Below, one piece after another: positions 52,101 to 61,316 of a stretch of 64,000 bases of DNA. The notes under the pieces are model-generated. The model had not been told where the DNA came from. It saw only the letters and a program-made list of their open reading frames with translations, and searched no databases. Position numbers and translations under genes: made by a program. Position 1 is the stretch's first letter. Each line of letters starts with the position of its first letter. The stretch comes from Bacteroidales bacterium (GTDB lineage Bacteria > Bacteroidota > Bacteroidia > Bacteroidales > F082), in contig JAGYNM010000001.1 in the NCBI GenBank assembly GCA_018399335.1, positions 119-64,118 on the forward strand, written 5' to 3'.

Positions 52101-52418
52101 CGACTTCATCCATTTGCATCACATCAGATTCCAAAACAACATTAATTGTGTTTTGATCTCCGATTACTTCCTGGGTTGCCATACCTACATAACGATAGAT
52201 TAAGGTGCGATGATTGGGCATCACATCTATAGCATAATTACCGTCGATGTCGAGAGGTAGTACCGATAGTAGTACCTTTAACCATCACGGTAACTCCGGA
52301 ATTCCCATCCCGTCCTGCGCACTGGTAACATTACCAGTAATTTGTTCTCGACTGGGCAAATGCGAAATTCACACCTGCGATCAGTAAAGAACACTAACAT
52401 AATCCGTAATTTTCTCAT
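49188..52418 (-). pseudogene. SusC/RagA family TonB-linked outer-membrane protein. The last 199 aa are intact. The rest (about 49790-52418) is fragmented by many frameshifts.
   Basis: The C-terminus ...RNVGFSINLQF* is a typical SusC end. The N-terminus is readable across frames as MRKLRIMLVFF..AQSRTITGNVTSAQDGMGIPGVTVMVKGTTIGT..DIDGNYAIDV (CarboxypepD_reg), with plug pieces in ORFs 51693..51980 and 52015..52224. Confidence 0.8.
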
Positions 52419-52640
52419 AATGAGTGATTTGGTTAGTGAATTGATTAAACTTAAAATTTATTTTTTCGTTTCATAAAAAAAAGATCTAAAACGATTGCAA
52501 ACTGGCGTGCAGGTTGCAAAGCATCTCTATATTTAACAAAAATTTAATTAAAAAATATTTTCATTTACATCAACTTTTTTATATTATACAGGTTTACAAG
52601 TTTTAGACTCAAACATTTTTAATACCTAATTAATAGTGTA

Positions 52641-53081
52641 TCAAGGCTCATTTTCATTGTTATTTTTGTCATTTGAGGAGGTTTTGCCAAAAGGCAAAAA
52701 TAAAATCATGCTTATCAAAAACCCCTCGAGAACCAGTTTTTGCCAGCCGTCAACCCCTCCAATAATAATTTGAGCAACCAATAGTAAAATTCCAAAAAGG
52801 ATAAAAATCATTCTTTTTCCACCTCTGAGGAAGCTAATAATTCCAACAACGACCATTGCATTGAGCAGAAAAACGATCATGATTACGATCCAAGACGGAA
52901 CAATTTGAAAGGTTTCGGGACTGTTGCTTAATCCTGCCCATTCCAGAATATATTTGTTGAGTGCTAAAGCTGACAGAGCCAGAATCGTAATAAATGAGTA
53001 ATAAGTTAAAGCAAATGTTCCAACAATCAACGGGAAAACCCGAATGCTCTTCTTACCAGCTTTTTGTTCAATTGTAGTCAT
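52641..53081 (-). CDS. Hypothetical polytopic membrane protein
   Basis: 146 aa with about 4 predicted TM helices and an Asn/Asp-rich tail. Confidence 0.5.
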   Translation of the reverse strand: MTTIEQKAGKKSIRVFPLIVGTFALTYYSFITILALSALALNKYILEWAGLSNSPETFQIVPSWIVIMIVFLLNAMVVVGIISFLRGGKRMIFILFGILLLVAQIIIGGVDGWQKLVLEGFLISMILFLPFGKTSSNDKNNNENEP

Positions 53082-53152
53082 TGCCTATTGTAGTGCTTGT
53101 TTATTAAGATAATATGGAACGATTAATGGTGTTTTGTTTAAGCTAAAATGTG

Positions 53153-53581
53153 TTAGTCCATTTGATCTCTGAAGCGAAGGTACAACAATATAAAAATCGT
53201 AGCAAGCAGCAGATCAAACATCGGAAACATATCGGCCGGTTTGTAAATATAAATTGTTGATACAATTAAGATCAACAATTGTGAAACGGCATACAGATGA
53301 AATCCGGCTTTCCTCAAATTCCACATTAACCTTACACCATTAAATGATATTACCTGGAGCAATGCCGAAATTAAAAAATAGGCGCGATCGATCCTGCCGA
53401 AAAAACCAAGGTCAAAACCCATGGCTTCTATGCTTTCCTGCTCAATCATTTCAATAATCATTGCATAGTTAAAATAAACAAAGAAGTTACTTACTGTTGC
53501 CAGGCCGGCTCCAATAAAACTCAACACACAAAGAACAGTAAGCAATGTCGGTCGCTTTTTCTGAGGTTCAATCTGATACAT
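53153..53581 (-). CDS. Hypothetical polytopic membrane protein
   Basis: 142 aa with about 4 predicted TM helices. Starts 16 nt after the upstream lyase gene. Confidence 0.5.
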   Translation of the reverse strand: MYQIEPQKKRPTLLTVLCVLSFIGAGLATVSNFFVYFNYAMIIEMIEQESIEAMGFDLGFFGRIDRAYFLISALLQVISFNGVRLMWNLRKAGFHLYAVSQLLILIVSTIYIYKPADMFPMFDLLLATIFILLYLRFRDQMD

Positions 53582-53596
53582 AGTAATTTATTTGTA

Positions 53597-55126
53597 TTAA
53601 GAGAGGTTACCAATTAATGCTTCCACTTCTTCCAACAATTCTGCCGACTCCACCAGAGCTTTCATTGCATTATGGTCATCAAACAGCGGACGATCTACAT
53701 CGAGAAACTCAACATGGCGCCGGATAACTTCGTGGGCTTTTTTAGTTCCTGCCCCAAATTGATACTCTCTGAAGTCGAGCGCCTGTGCTGCTGCCATCAG
53801 TTCGATACCCAAAATTCCGTAGGCATTATCCATGATTTGAAAGTTTTTTAAGGCCGTATTCATTCCCATCGACACAAAATCCTCCTGATCGGCAGCAGCA
53901 GGGATCGACTGAATACTTGCCGGAGCAGATAAAATCCGTTGCTCAACAATCTGCATATCAGCAGTATATTGCGACAACATCAAACCAGAAAACATACCGG
54001 CACCTTTTGTCAGGAAAGCCGGTAGACCAACGCTTAAAGCAGGATTATTCAAACGATTCATGCGCCTTTCCGACAACACACACACCATTGTGATGGCTGC
54101 TCCGGCCATATCCATTGGCAAAGAAACAGGAGATCCCTGGAAATTCGCTCCTGAAAGTTGCAGGTTTTCATCCGGGAAAAAGATTGGATTGTCACCAACA
54201 CCGTTAAGTTCGATTTCGACCTGCGAACGCGCCCAGGCCATAGCATCATGCGCAGCACCAATTACCTGAGGTGTTGAGCGCATACTGTAAGCATCCTGCA
54301 CTTTGCATTTTACCCTGCCTTCGGCTAAATCGCCGCCTTTAACAATTTTATTAATCGCCATTGCAGAACGAACAGCTCCGGCAAAACCTCTCACTTCGTG
54401 AATTTTACGATCGTAAGGTTTCATATTAGCTTTAAGCGCCTCAAGCGACATAGCTGCAGCGATTTCTGCCTGACGCAAAAACCGATCTGCATCATACAAA
54501 AATAAAGCACTCATGGCTGTTAGCACATTCGATCCGTTTATGGTGGCTAATCCATCTCTGGCTTGTAATCCTGGTATTTCAATCCCGGCACGATCCAATG
54601 CTTCTTTTCCGGAAAGCAATTCACCTTTATAATAGGCTTTGCCCTCACCCATCATCAGTAATGCGATCTGCGACATAGGAGCCAAATCGCCGGAAGCACC
54701 AACACTTCCTTTACGGCAAACGTAAGGTGTTACGCCCCTATTCAGCATTTCGACCAAAGTCTGGGTAATTTCAGGTCTGCAACCTGAATGACCATGCGCA
54801 TGCACATTGATTCGTCCGAGCATCGCTCCCCTAACCCAATCTTCGGGCATGGACTCTCCTATCCCAGCAGCATGGTTATAAATCAGATACTTCTGAAAAT
54901 CCTTTACCTGATCATCATCAAGTACCATCTCAGAAAACTCTCCGATACCGGTATTTACACCATACATAATTTCTTTGGCTTTGATTTTTTGCTCAAGCAT
55001 AGCACGACATTTTACAATGCGCTCTTTAGCAAGGGTGTCAAGTTCAACCTTACGATGATGTCGGGCAACATCAACAACATCTTCAATGGTAAGTCCAGCT
55101 CCTGTAATGATAAGATTCGGTTTCAT
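53597..55126 (-). CDS. Aromatic amino acid ammonia-lyase family protein (HAL/TAL-like, MIO cofactor)
   Basis: 509 aa. GSVGASGDLAPMS contains the Ala-Ser-Gly triad that forms MIO. The substrate-selectivity region reads LIYNHAAGIG. Confidence 0.8.
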   Translation of the reverse strand: MKPNLIITGAGLTIEDVVDVARHHRKVELDTLAKERIVKCRAMLEQKIKAKEIMYGVNTGIGEFSEMVLDDDQVKDFQKYLIYNHAAGIGESMPEDWVRGAMLGRINVHAHGHSGCRPEITQTLVEMLNRGVTPYVCRKGSVGASGDLAPMSQIALLMMGEGKAYYKGELLSGKEALDRAGIEIPGLQARDGLATINGSNVLTAMSALFLYDADRFLRQAEIAAAMSLEALKANMKPYDRKIHEVRGFAGAVRSAMAINKIVKGGDLAEGRVKCKVQDAYSMRSTPQVIGAAHDAMAWARSQVEIELNGVGDNPIFFPDENLQLSGANFQGSPVSLPMDMAGAAITMVCVLSERRMNRLNNPALSVGLPAFLTKGAGMFSGLMLSQYTADMQIVEQRILSAPASIQSIPAAADQEDFVSMGMNTALKNFQIMDNAYGILGIELMAAAQALDFREYQFGAGTKKAHEVIRRHVEFLDVDRPLFDDHNAMKALVESAELLEEVEALIGNLS

Positions 55127-55204
55127 TTAAGTATTGGTTTTCGTTAAACGTTCAATTTTCAACAAGCTAAATTAGAGAAATAAGCTTATGCAAGCAAAGA
55201 TTTG

Positions 55205-55212
55205 TAATTTTG
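55205..55212 (+). promoter_or_regulatory. Candidate -7 box (TAATTTTG) within an 18-mer also found upstream of ettA
   Basis: Exact TAnnTTTG, 20 nt upstream of the ATG at 55232. It is embedded in AAAGATTTGTAATTTTGC (55196-55213). Confidence 0.4.
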
Positions 55213-55231
55213 CACCTTCAAATCAAACCCA

Positions 55232-55564
55232 ATGTCAATGCAAAACGAAAGCCTTAACTCCATTCAGGATCAAATCAATACAACTCCGGCTTTGCTCCTC
55301 TATTTTTTTAGCGACAGATGCGCGCCATGCATCAGTCTGCGCCCAAAAGTTGAACAATTGCTCAATGATAACTATCCTGCTATGAAACTAATTTACATCG
55401 ATTCGGAGAAACAGCCAGAAATCTCAGGGCACTTCGGCGTTTTTTCCAATCCTACGCTTCTATTGATTTTCGATGGACACGAACACCAGCGACTTAGTAA
55501 ATACGTTGCCATACCACAACTTGATGCTGCTATCAACAGGCCCTACAGTTTATTGATCGATTAG
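55232..55564 (+). CDS. Thioredoxin family protein
   Basis: 110 aa with the active site FFSDRCAPCISL (CxxC) and thioredoxin-fold length. Confidence 0.75.
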   Translation: MSMQNESLNSIQDQINTTPALLLYFFSDRCAPCISLRPKVEQLLNDNYPAMKLIYIDSEKQPEISGHFGVFSNPTLLLIFDGHEHQRLSKYVAIPQLDAAINRPYSLLID

Positions 55565-57084
55565 GAAAATCAAATTCCTTGCATCAATGCATCCGGGATG
55601 TTAAGTGGCACTTCCCTCAGAAATAAAACAGACTTGGCAATTTCGGGATACATAACCTTGTCATTTTCAATAAAATCGACTTTTTCACGATATGCCCGCA
55701 CAATAAAATTTTCACGAAATCAGATGATCTGGCAGGTCTTCTGAACTCATGCCTGAGCTGCATTGGAAAAGTTCAATTGCCAAAATTCTTTCCAGATTCA
55801 AACTACACGTAAGGCTTTGGCTTGCAGCATTTGCACCCATACTCACGTGATCTTCCTGTCCTTGCGACTTTACTCGATGGAATCCACCGAAGCAGGTGTG
55901 CACAACTGTTTGTTTTGGCTCACCAAACTTGCAGCGGTATATTGTGGAATCATAAACCTGAATTCAGGCCGGGTTTTGCAACCAAAATGGCGGCAAGCCA
56001 CGTTTGCCATGCAAAAAGCTGATAGGTTCTGGTGTTCGCTGATATTACCCCACTCACTAAGCGCAATTGCAAGATTATCCAAGGCAAGCGCCAATGGCTG
56101 TCCGTGGAAATTAACCGGCCGAAATAATCAGATCATCGTCAGGGAAAATGGTGGATTATCTGTTACAGCATTGATTTCATTGCTAAAAACATACGCTACA
56201 TAATTCACCGAATCTTGGAAGCGCCATGAACCTGAGGAATACACCTGTAGGAATAGGGATCCTGACATGAGCTTTTCTGGAAATCAACTCACTTCCTTCA
56301 AGTAATTTCCTGAAGCGGTCTGCTGTGGCTATCTGACCTTGTGATGCCTGATTTGATGCACCTGATCGTAAAAGGCTCATGCGCCCATCAAAGCTTCGAG
56401 CGATAAGGCGCCAATGATATCTGCCAGCATGGAAAGCCTGAAGGTTTTGAGCAAAGTAAAAACGCCATAAGCACTCATAAACTGGGTTCCATTAAGCAGG
56501 GCCAAGCCCTCTTTGGATTGTAATTTGATCGGTTCCCCATCCAAAGTTTTGAAGGACTTTTTCTGCCGGCTGCCGCTCACCTTGAAAATATACCTCCCCT
56601 TACTTCGCCAAAGGCAACGAAAGATGAGCCAGCGGAGCCAAATCGCCGGAAGCACCCAAAGAACCCATTTCGTAAACAACCGGAATCACATCATTATTAT
56701 AGAAATCAATTAAGTCTTTCTGACCGTAAGCCTTTGCACCCCGGAATGACCATAAGAAAGACTCTGCACTTTGAGCAAAAGCATCAGCTTAACAATCACT
56801 GGATCAACCAAATCACCAGTGCCACAAGCATGCGACATTACCAGGTTTTCCTGAAGCTGTCCTAACCTTGATTTTGAAATACTGGTATCGCAAAGTGAAC
56901 CAAATCCAGTGTTAATACCATAAACTGAACTCTTCCTGATTTGCAATTTTTTGATCGAGATAGGTGCGACACTTCTCTATTTTGGCAGCGGACTCCTCTG
57001 AAAGCGCAATTTTATGCCCTTGCTTAATTATGTCGAAAATTTTTGAAAAGTAAGTTTATCTGAAGAAATATAATGTGTTTGCAT
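55561..57084 (-). pseudogene. hutH: Histidine ammonia-lyase, heavily fragmented by frameshifts
   Basis: Readable across frames: YGINTGFGSLCDT, NLVMSHACGTG (the Ser-His typical of HAL), GSLGASGDLAPLAHL (MIO triad), SKEGLALLNGTQFM, and a C-terminal QEDHVSMG-type piece. The ATG is at 57084 and the stop at 55561-63. Confidence 0.75.
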
Positions 57085-57217
57085 GATGGTTAAATTTTTT
57101 TGTAAACAAGAAAATGTGAAAGCATAAGCCTATTATGGCCTAAACCCATACAAACAAAGCTTTTCTGTTAAGGTTAATCAGAAAGTCGAGCATTAAGGTA
57201 AGGGTCATCAGGAGATT

Positions 57218-58578
57218 TTACAAGTCAGAAAGCTTTTCAATCAAGTTATCTTTAAAAATAGTCCACTGCTCGTCCGGTTTGCATCTGCTTAACTGTAAAC
57301 TGATTGTTCTCCATTTCTGATTCACCGGCAATGATTACAATCGGGATTTGTTTTTAATTCAGCGTAACGAAGTTGCTTCCTCTTGATTTTGTCATCCGGA
57401 TAAATTTCTGCACTAAACCAATTGACTCTTAATTTTTGCAGATAAGGCAAACAGAAGGCCAGTTCTTTCGCCCCAAAATTTAAAAAAATCACTTGCGTTG
57501 ATTGCATAGCCTTTTCAGGAAAAAGATCGAGGCTTTGCATCACGTCAAATATCCGATCTGCACCAAAACTGATACCCACTCCCGACATCAGGCATTCCGA
57601 AAAACACCGGTAAGTTATGTCATATCTTCCTCCGCCACAGATACTCCCCATTGGTACGTCAAGTGCTTTTATCAAAATTGCTCCGGTATAATAATTTAAA
57701 CCTCTTGCCAAGGTGAGGTCGAGCTCAACGGGCATTTCTACATTCATGTTTTCGAGATAGGCAAAGAGTTGCCTTAGTTCCTCAATTCCCTTTGCTCCAA
57801 TTTCATTTTTCCCGATCAGTTGCTCCAGACTTGTCAGCTTTTCGGCGGTAGTTCCTTCCATAAAAAGCACAGGCTGAAGTAATTCGACAGCCTTTTCACT
57901 CAAACCCTTTTCCCGTAGCTCAGCATTCACCTGATCAATTCCAATCTTATCCAGTTTGTCAATAGCAATCGTAATGTCGATTAAAGCATCCGGCCTCCCA
58001 ATATACTCGGCCAATCCCGCCAAAACCTTCCGATTATTAATCTTGGTTACTACATTAATCTTCAATCTGTTAAAAACATCATCCACCAGTTGCACTAATT
58101 CGGCTTCGTTGATAAGTGCATCACTACCAACCACATCAACATCACATTGATAAAACTCGCGATAACGTCCTTTCTGTGGTCTGTCGGCGCGCCAAACTGG
58201 CTGAATCTGATATCTTCTAAACGGAAAGCTGATGTCGTTGCGGTATTGTACTACAAACCTGGCAAAAGGAACCGTTAAATCATACCGCAATCCTTTCTCA
58301 GTAATTTTTGGACTCAAATTTTCAGAAGACTGATTTCCAATATCTTCTACACCTGATAGAAAATCTCCAGAATTTAAAATCCGAAATAAGAGTTTATCCC
58401 CTTCATCCCCGTACTTTCCGGTAAGCGTGGAAAGATTTTCCATCGCTGGTGTCTCAATCGGTTCAAAACCATATAGTTTGAACACTTCCTTTATTGTTGT
58501 AAAAATATAATCCCGGCGAGCCATGACAGCCGGGGCAAAATCTCTTGTTCCTTTTGGTATCGTAGGTTTCTGAGCCAT
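57218..58578 (-). pseudogene. hisS: Histidine--tRNA ligase. The N-terminal about 310 aa are intact. At least 4 frameshifts lie in the motif-3/anticodon-binding region (57218 to about 57640).
   Basis: [14 protein letters not shown], motif 2 [29 protein letters not shown], and GGGRYD then [10 protein letters not shown] separated by an out-of-frame stretch. The tail [22 protein letters not shown] and LIEKLSDL* is in other frames. Confidence 0.85.
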
Positions 58579-58680
58579 AATTTGCTTATTATTCTAAGAG
58601 CCGCAAAGGTAAGAAAAAGCCGGTTGGCATGCTATCAGCAAACTGTATAGGATAATTGCAAGAAAAATAGACTTGAAAAA

Positions 58681-59151
58681 TCAGTAACCGAGCTTTGCTT
58701 TCAGGTTTTGCAGATATTCCGCTGCAATTGGATCACCTTCAGCGGGAGCCCAGGTAGCAAAATGTTTATCAATTTTTGGATCGTAAGGCCCGTCTTTCAC
58801 CTCATAAGCCACCGATCCGGGCTCCATTGAAATAATACTGTGCCAGGTGCGGGGTGGAATTTCACAACCATAATTACCCGAAGAGGCATCCAGTAAAATA
58901 TGATCCCTGATACGTCCATCATCCTCAAATTCAATAACTATTATTTTTCCTCGCAAACAAAAAAAAGCTTCTGATTTATCCGGATTTTCATGCTTATGAG
59001 GCTGGATATACGTTTCGGGTTCCATGGCATTTAGCATCCGCTGCATTAATGCTTCTGGCTTATCATGAAAATTCAGGTTCGTCCGCATCCTGCTTGATTG
59101 CTTTGCCTTTTCTGACACGCTGTTAAGTAAACTTTCGTCGATTTTAATCAT
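58681..59151 (-). CDS. WbuC family cupin-fold metalloprotein
   Basis: 156 aa. RMRTNLNFHD...YIQPHKHENPDKSEAFFCLRG...PRTWHS is the WbuC cupin signature. Confidence 0.7.
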   Translation of the reverse strand: MIKIDESLLNSVSEKAKQSSRMRTNLNFHDKPEALMQRMLNAMEPETYIQPHKHENPDKSEAFFCLRGKIIVIEFEDDGRIRDHILLDASSGNYGCEIPPRTWHSIISMEPGSVAYEVKDGPYDPKIDKHFATWAPAEGDPIAAEYLQNLKAKLGY

Positions 59152-59770
59152 GGTTTTTCTTTTGTTTCGGCCAAATTATTTCGTCTAAAATCCGCTTTGG
59201 TACAATGTGATTTCCGGATTGATTTGAATAATAAGCGATTGACCCATCAGCCTTTAAATCTTCCAGCTCAATGGTTTGATTTGGTTTGCCCAAAGCTATC
59301 ACCATCATGATATCCAAATTTTTATCCAGATTAAAATGCTTTGACAAAGCATATTTATTTACCGTCCTGATAATACAACCACCAAAACCAGCAGCCGTGG
59401 CACCAAGCAAAATTGTTTGAGCAGCAATACCAGCATCGAATTCAGCCTGTTCGTTTAAGTTCTTATCCAGCATTACAATTATATAAGCCGAAGGACGCTC
59501 ATCGGGTGCAGGGCCTTCCCAATTTTTCAAATACCAGGCCCATTTAAGCTGATCAAAAGTAAAATCAAGTTCTTCTTTACCTAAAACCAACAGGTATTTC
59601 AACGGCTGGAGGTTTTTGGAAGAAGCTGCAAAACGCGTGAGTTCAACGAGTTGTTTCAATAGCTTTTCATCAGGCACAGGATGTTGTAAGAATTTTCTGT
59701 AGCTTCTGTTTTTTCGAAAAAGTTCAAATATTTCATGAGGTATCTCGGCCATCTGGAATAATTTATGCAA
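59144..59770 (-). CDS. Nitroreductase family protein
   Basis: 208 aa. RSYRKF near the N-terminus, SSKNLQP, and the GGCI region of the FMN nitroreductase fold. Overlaps the WbuC gene by 8 nt. Confidence 0.7.
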   Translation of the reverse strand: MHKLFQMAEIPHEIFELFRKNRSYRKFLQHPVPDEKLLKQLVELTRFAASSKNLQPLKYLLVLGKEELDFTFDQLKWAWYLKNWEGPAPDERPSAYIIVMLDKNLNEQAEFDAGIAAQTILLGATAAGFGGCIIRTVNKYALSKHFNLDKNLDIMMVIALGKPNQTIELEDLKADGSIAYYSNQSGNHIVPKRILDEIIWPKQKKNHD

Positions 59771-59951
59771 AGTTAAATTTTAGTCTGATTTGAGTTCTCA
59801 AAGCATACAACAAATAAAAGCAGATAAGTACATATGAAAATATCTACAATTATTAAAACTCATTCTAAATTGACTTTAAAATCAATATTTATGGATTGCC
59901 GGAAATGCGAAAGGTATTATTTTAGCGCCTTCATTTAAAAAATTGAAACTT

Positions 59952-61250
59952 ATGGACCATCACCATCTTGAAGTTATTCCGCTTTGGGCATCTATTCCCT
60001 TTGCGATTATATTACTCTTTATTGCCATTGGGCCGCTGTTTTTTCACCATTGGTGGGAGAACAACCGCAACAAGTTAATTGTTTCTCTGGCTTTAGGTAT
60101 ACCAACATCTGCCTGGCTTATTTATAATGGTTTATCACATAATCTCATTCACCAGATGTTGTTTGATTATGTACCATTTATCATCCTTTTGGGATCGTTG
60201 TTTGTGATTACAGGAGGCATTCAGCTCAAAGGTGATATTGAAGCCAAACCCGCAATCAACACCTTATTTTTAGGAATTGGAGCCGTGCTGGCAAGTTTTA
60301 TGGGAACGACAGGTGCAGCGATGCTTTTGATCCGTCCTGTGATAAGAACCAACTCCGAAAGAAAATTCAAGGTTCATACGATTCTGTTCTTTATTGCGAT
60401 CGTAGCCAATGCCGGTGGTATGCTTACCCCGCTTGGTGACCCGCCACTTTTCCTGCTCTATTTGCGCGGCGCGCCATTTGAATGGTTCTTTAGCCTCACC
60501 AAAGAGTGGGCTTTTGTTAACGGAGTTTTATTGGTAATCTATTACCTGCTCGATTCCTATTACCACAAAAAAGAACCTATTAGCAATATTATAAAAGACC
60601 GCACTCATGTTGAACCTATTAGCATGAAAGGAACTTTCAACTTCCTTTTCCTGCTTGGTGTTGTTTTTTCTGTGGCTTTCCTAAATCAAAACTACGTTGA
60701 TGCTATCCACGACAACCACTACATTGGTTTTATTCGTGAAGCAGCTATGTTGTCATTTGCTGGCCTATCCTCTATTTCACCAAAAGCAACTCCGAATCGA
60801 CAAATTTACCTGGGGACCAATTATCGAAGTGGCCTTCCTTTCTAGGAATTTTTGCCACAATGGTTCCTGCACTTTTTATGGCTTAACGCAAATGCCGAAT
60901 CGCTGGGCGTAAATGGTGCCGCCATGTTTTACTACGCAACGGGGCGGTTTGAGTGCTTTCTCTCGACAATGCACCAACAGCACTTGCGTTCCATAAACTG
61001 GCGCTCGGATTGCCTGTGTCAGCTGATGCTCATTTAGTAGCTGGCATTCCGGTAGATATACTCACAGCGATTTCATTAGGAGCTGTATTTTTGGGGCAAT
61101 GACGTATAATGGAAACGGCCCTAACTTTATGGTAAAAGCTATTGCTGAGGAAAATAAGATTCCAATGCCAAGCTTCTTCGGGTATATGTTTAAGTTTTCG
61201 ATTATTGTACTATTACCCGTTTACATCCTCACCCAATTGCTCTTTATCTA
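59952..61250 (+). pseudogene. Sodium:proton antiporter / ArsB-NhaD superfamily permease. The C-terminal part (about 60770-61250) is frameshifted.
   Basis: About 10 TM helices with the GDPPLFLLYLRG motif. After about residue 275 the hydrophobic sequence continues in other frames (ORFs 60697, 60852, 61142) to a stop at 61248-50. Confidence 0.6.
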
Positions 61251-61277
61251 GCAAATTTGATTCGCAAAAAGAGAAAA

Positions 61278-61302
61278 GGCTGGAAATAATTGATTTCCAG
61301 CC
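61278..61302. terminator. Bidirectional rho-independent terminator between the permease gene and ettA
   Basis: GGCTGGAAAT (61278-87) pairs perfectly with ATTTCCAGCC (61293-302). A-rich on the 5' side and TTTTTTATTTT on the 3' side. Confidence 0.8.
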
Positions 61303-61316
61303 TTTTTTATTTTCAA

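Noticed and set aside
55763-56203. 146-aa plus-strand ORF, and the other plus-strand ORFs between 55.7 and 56.7 kb.
   Set aside because: They are antisense to the fragmented hutH paralog, whose HAL motifs are readable on the minus strand.
14105-61250. Interpreting the frameshift islands as programmed frameshifting, phase variation or a mobile-element scar.
   Set aside because: There are too many shifts per gene, I found no slippery-site or repeat-tract pattern, the islands cross gene boundaries, and no insertion sequences or direct repeats flank them.
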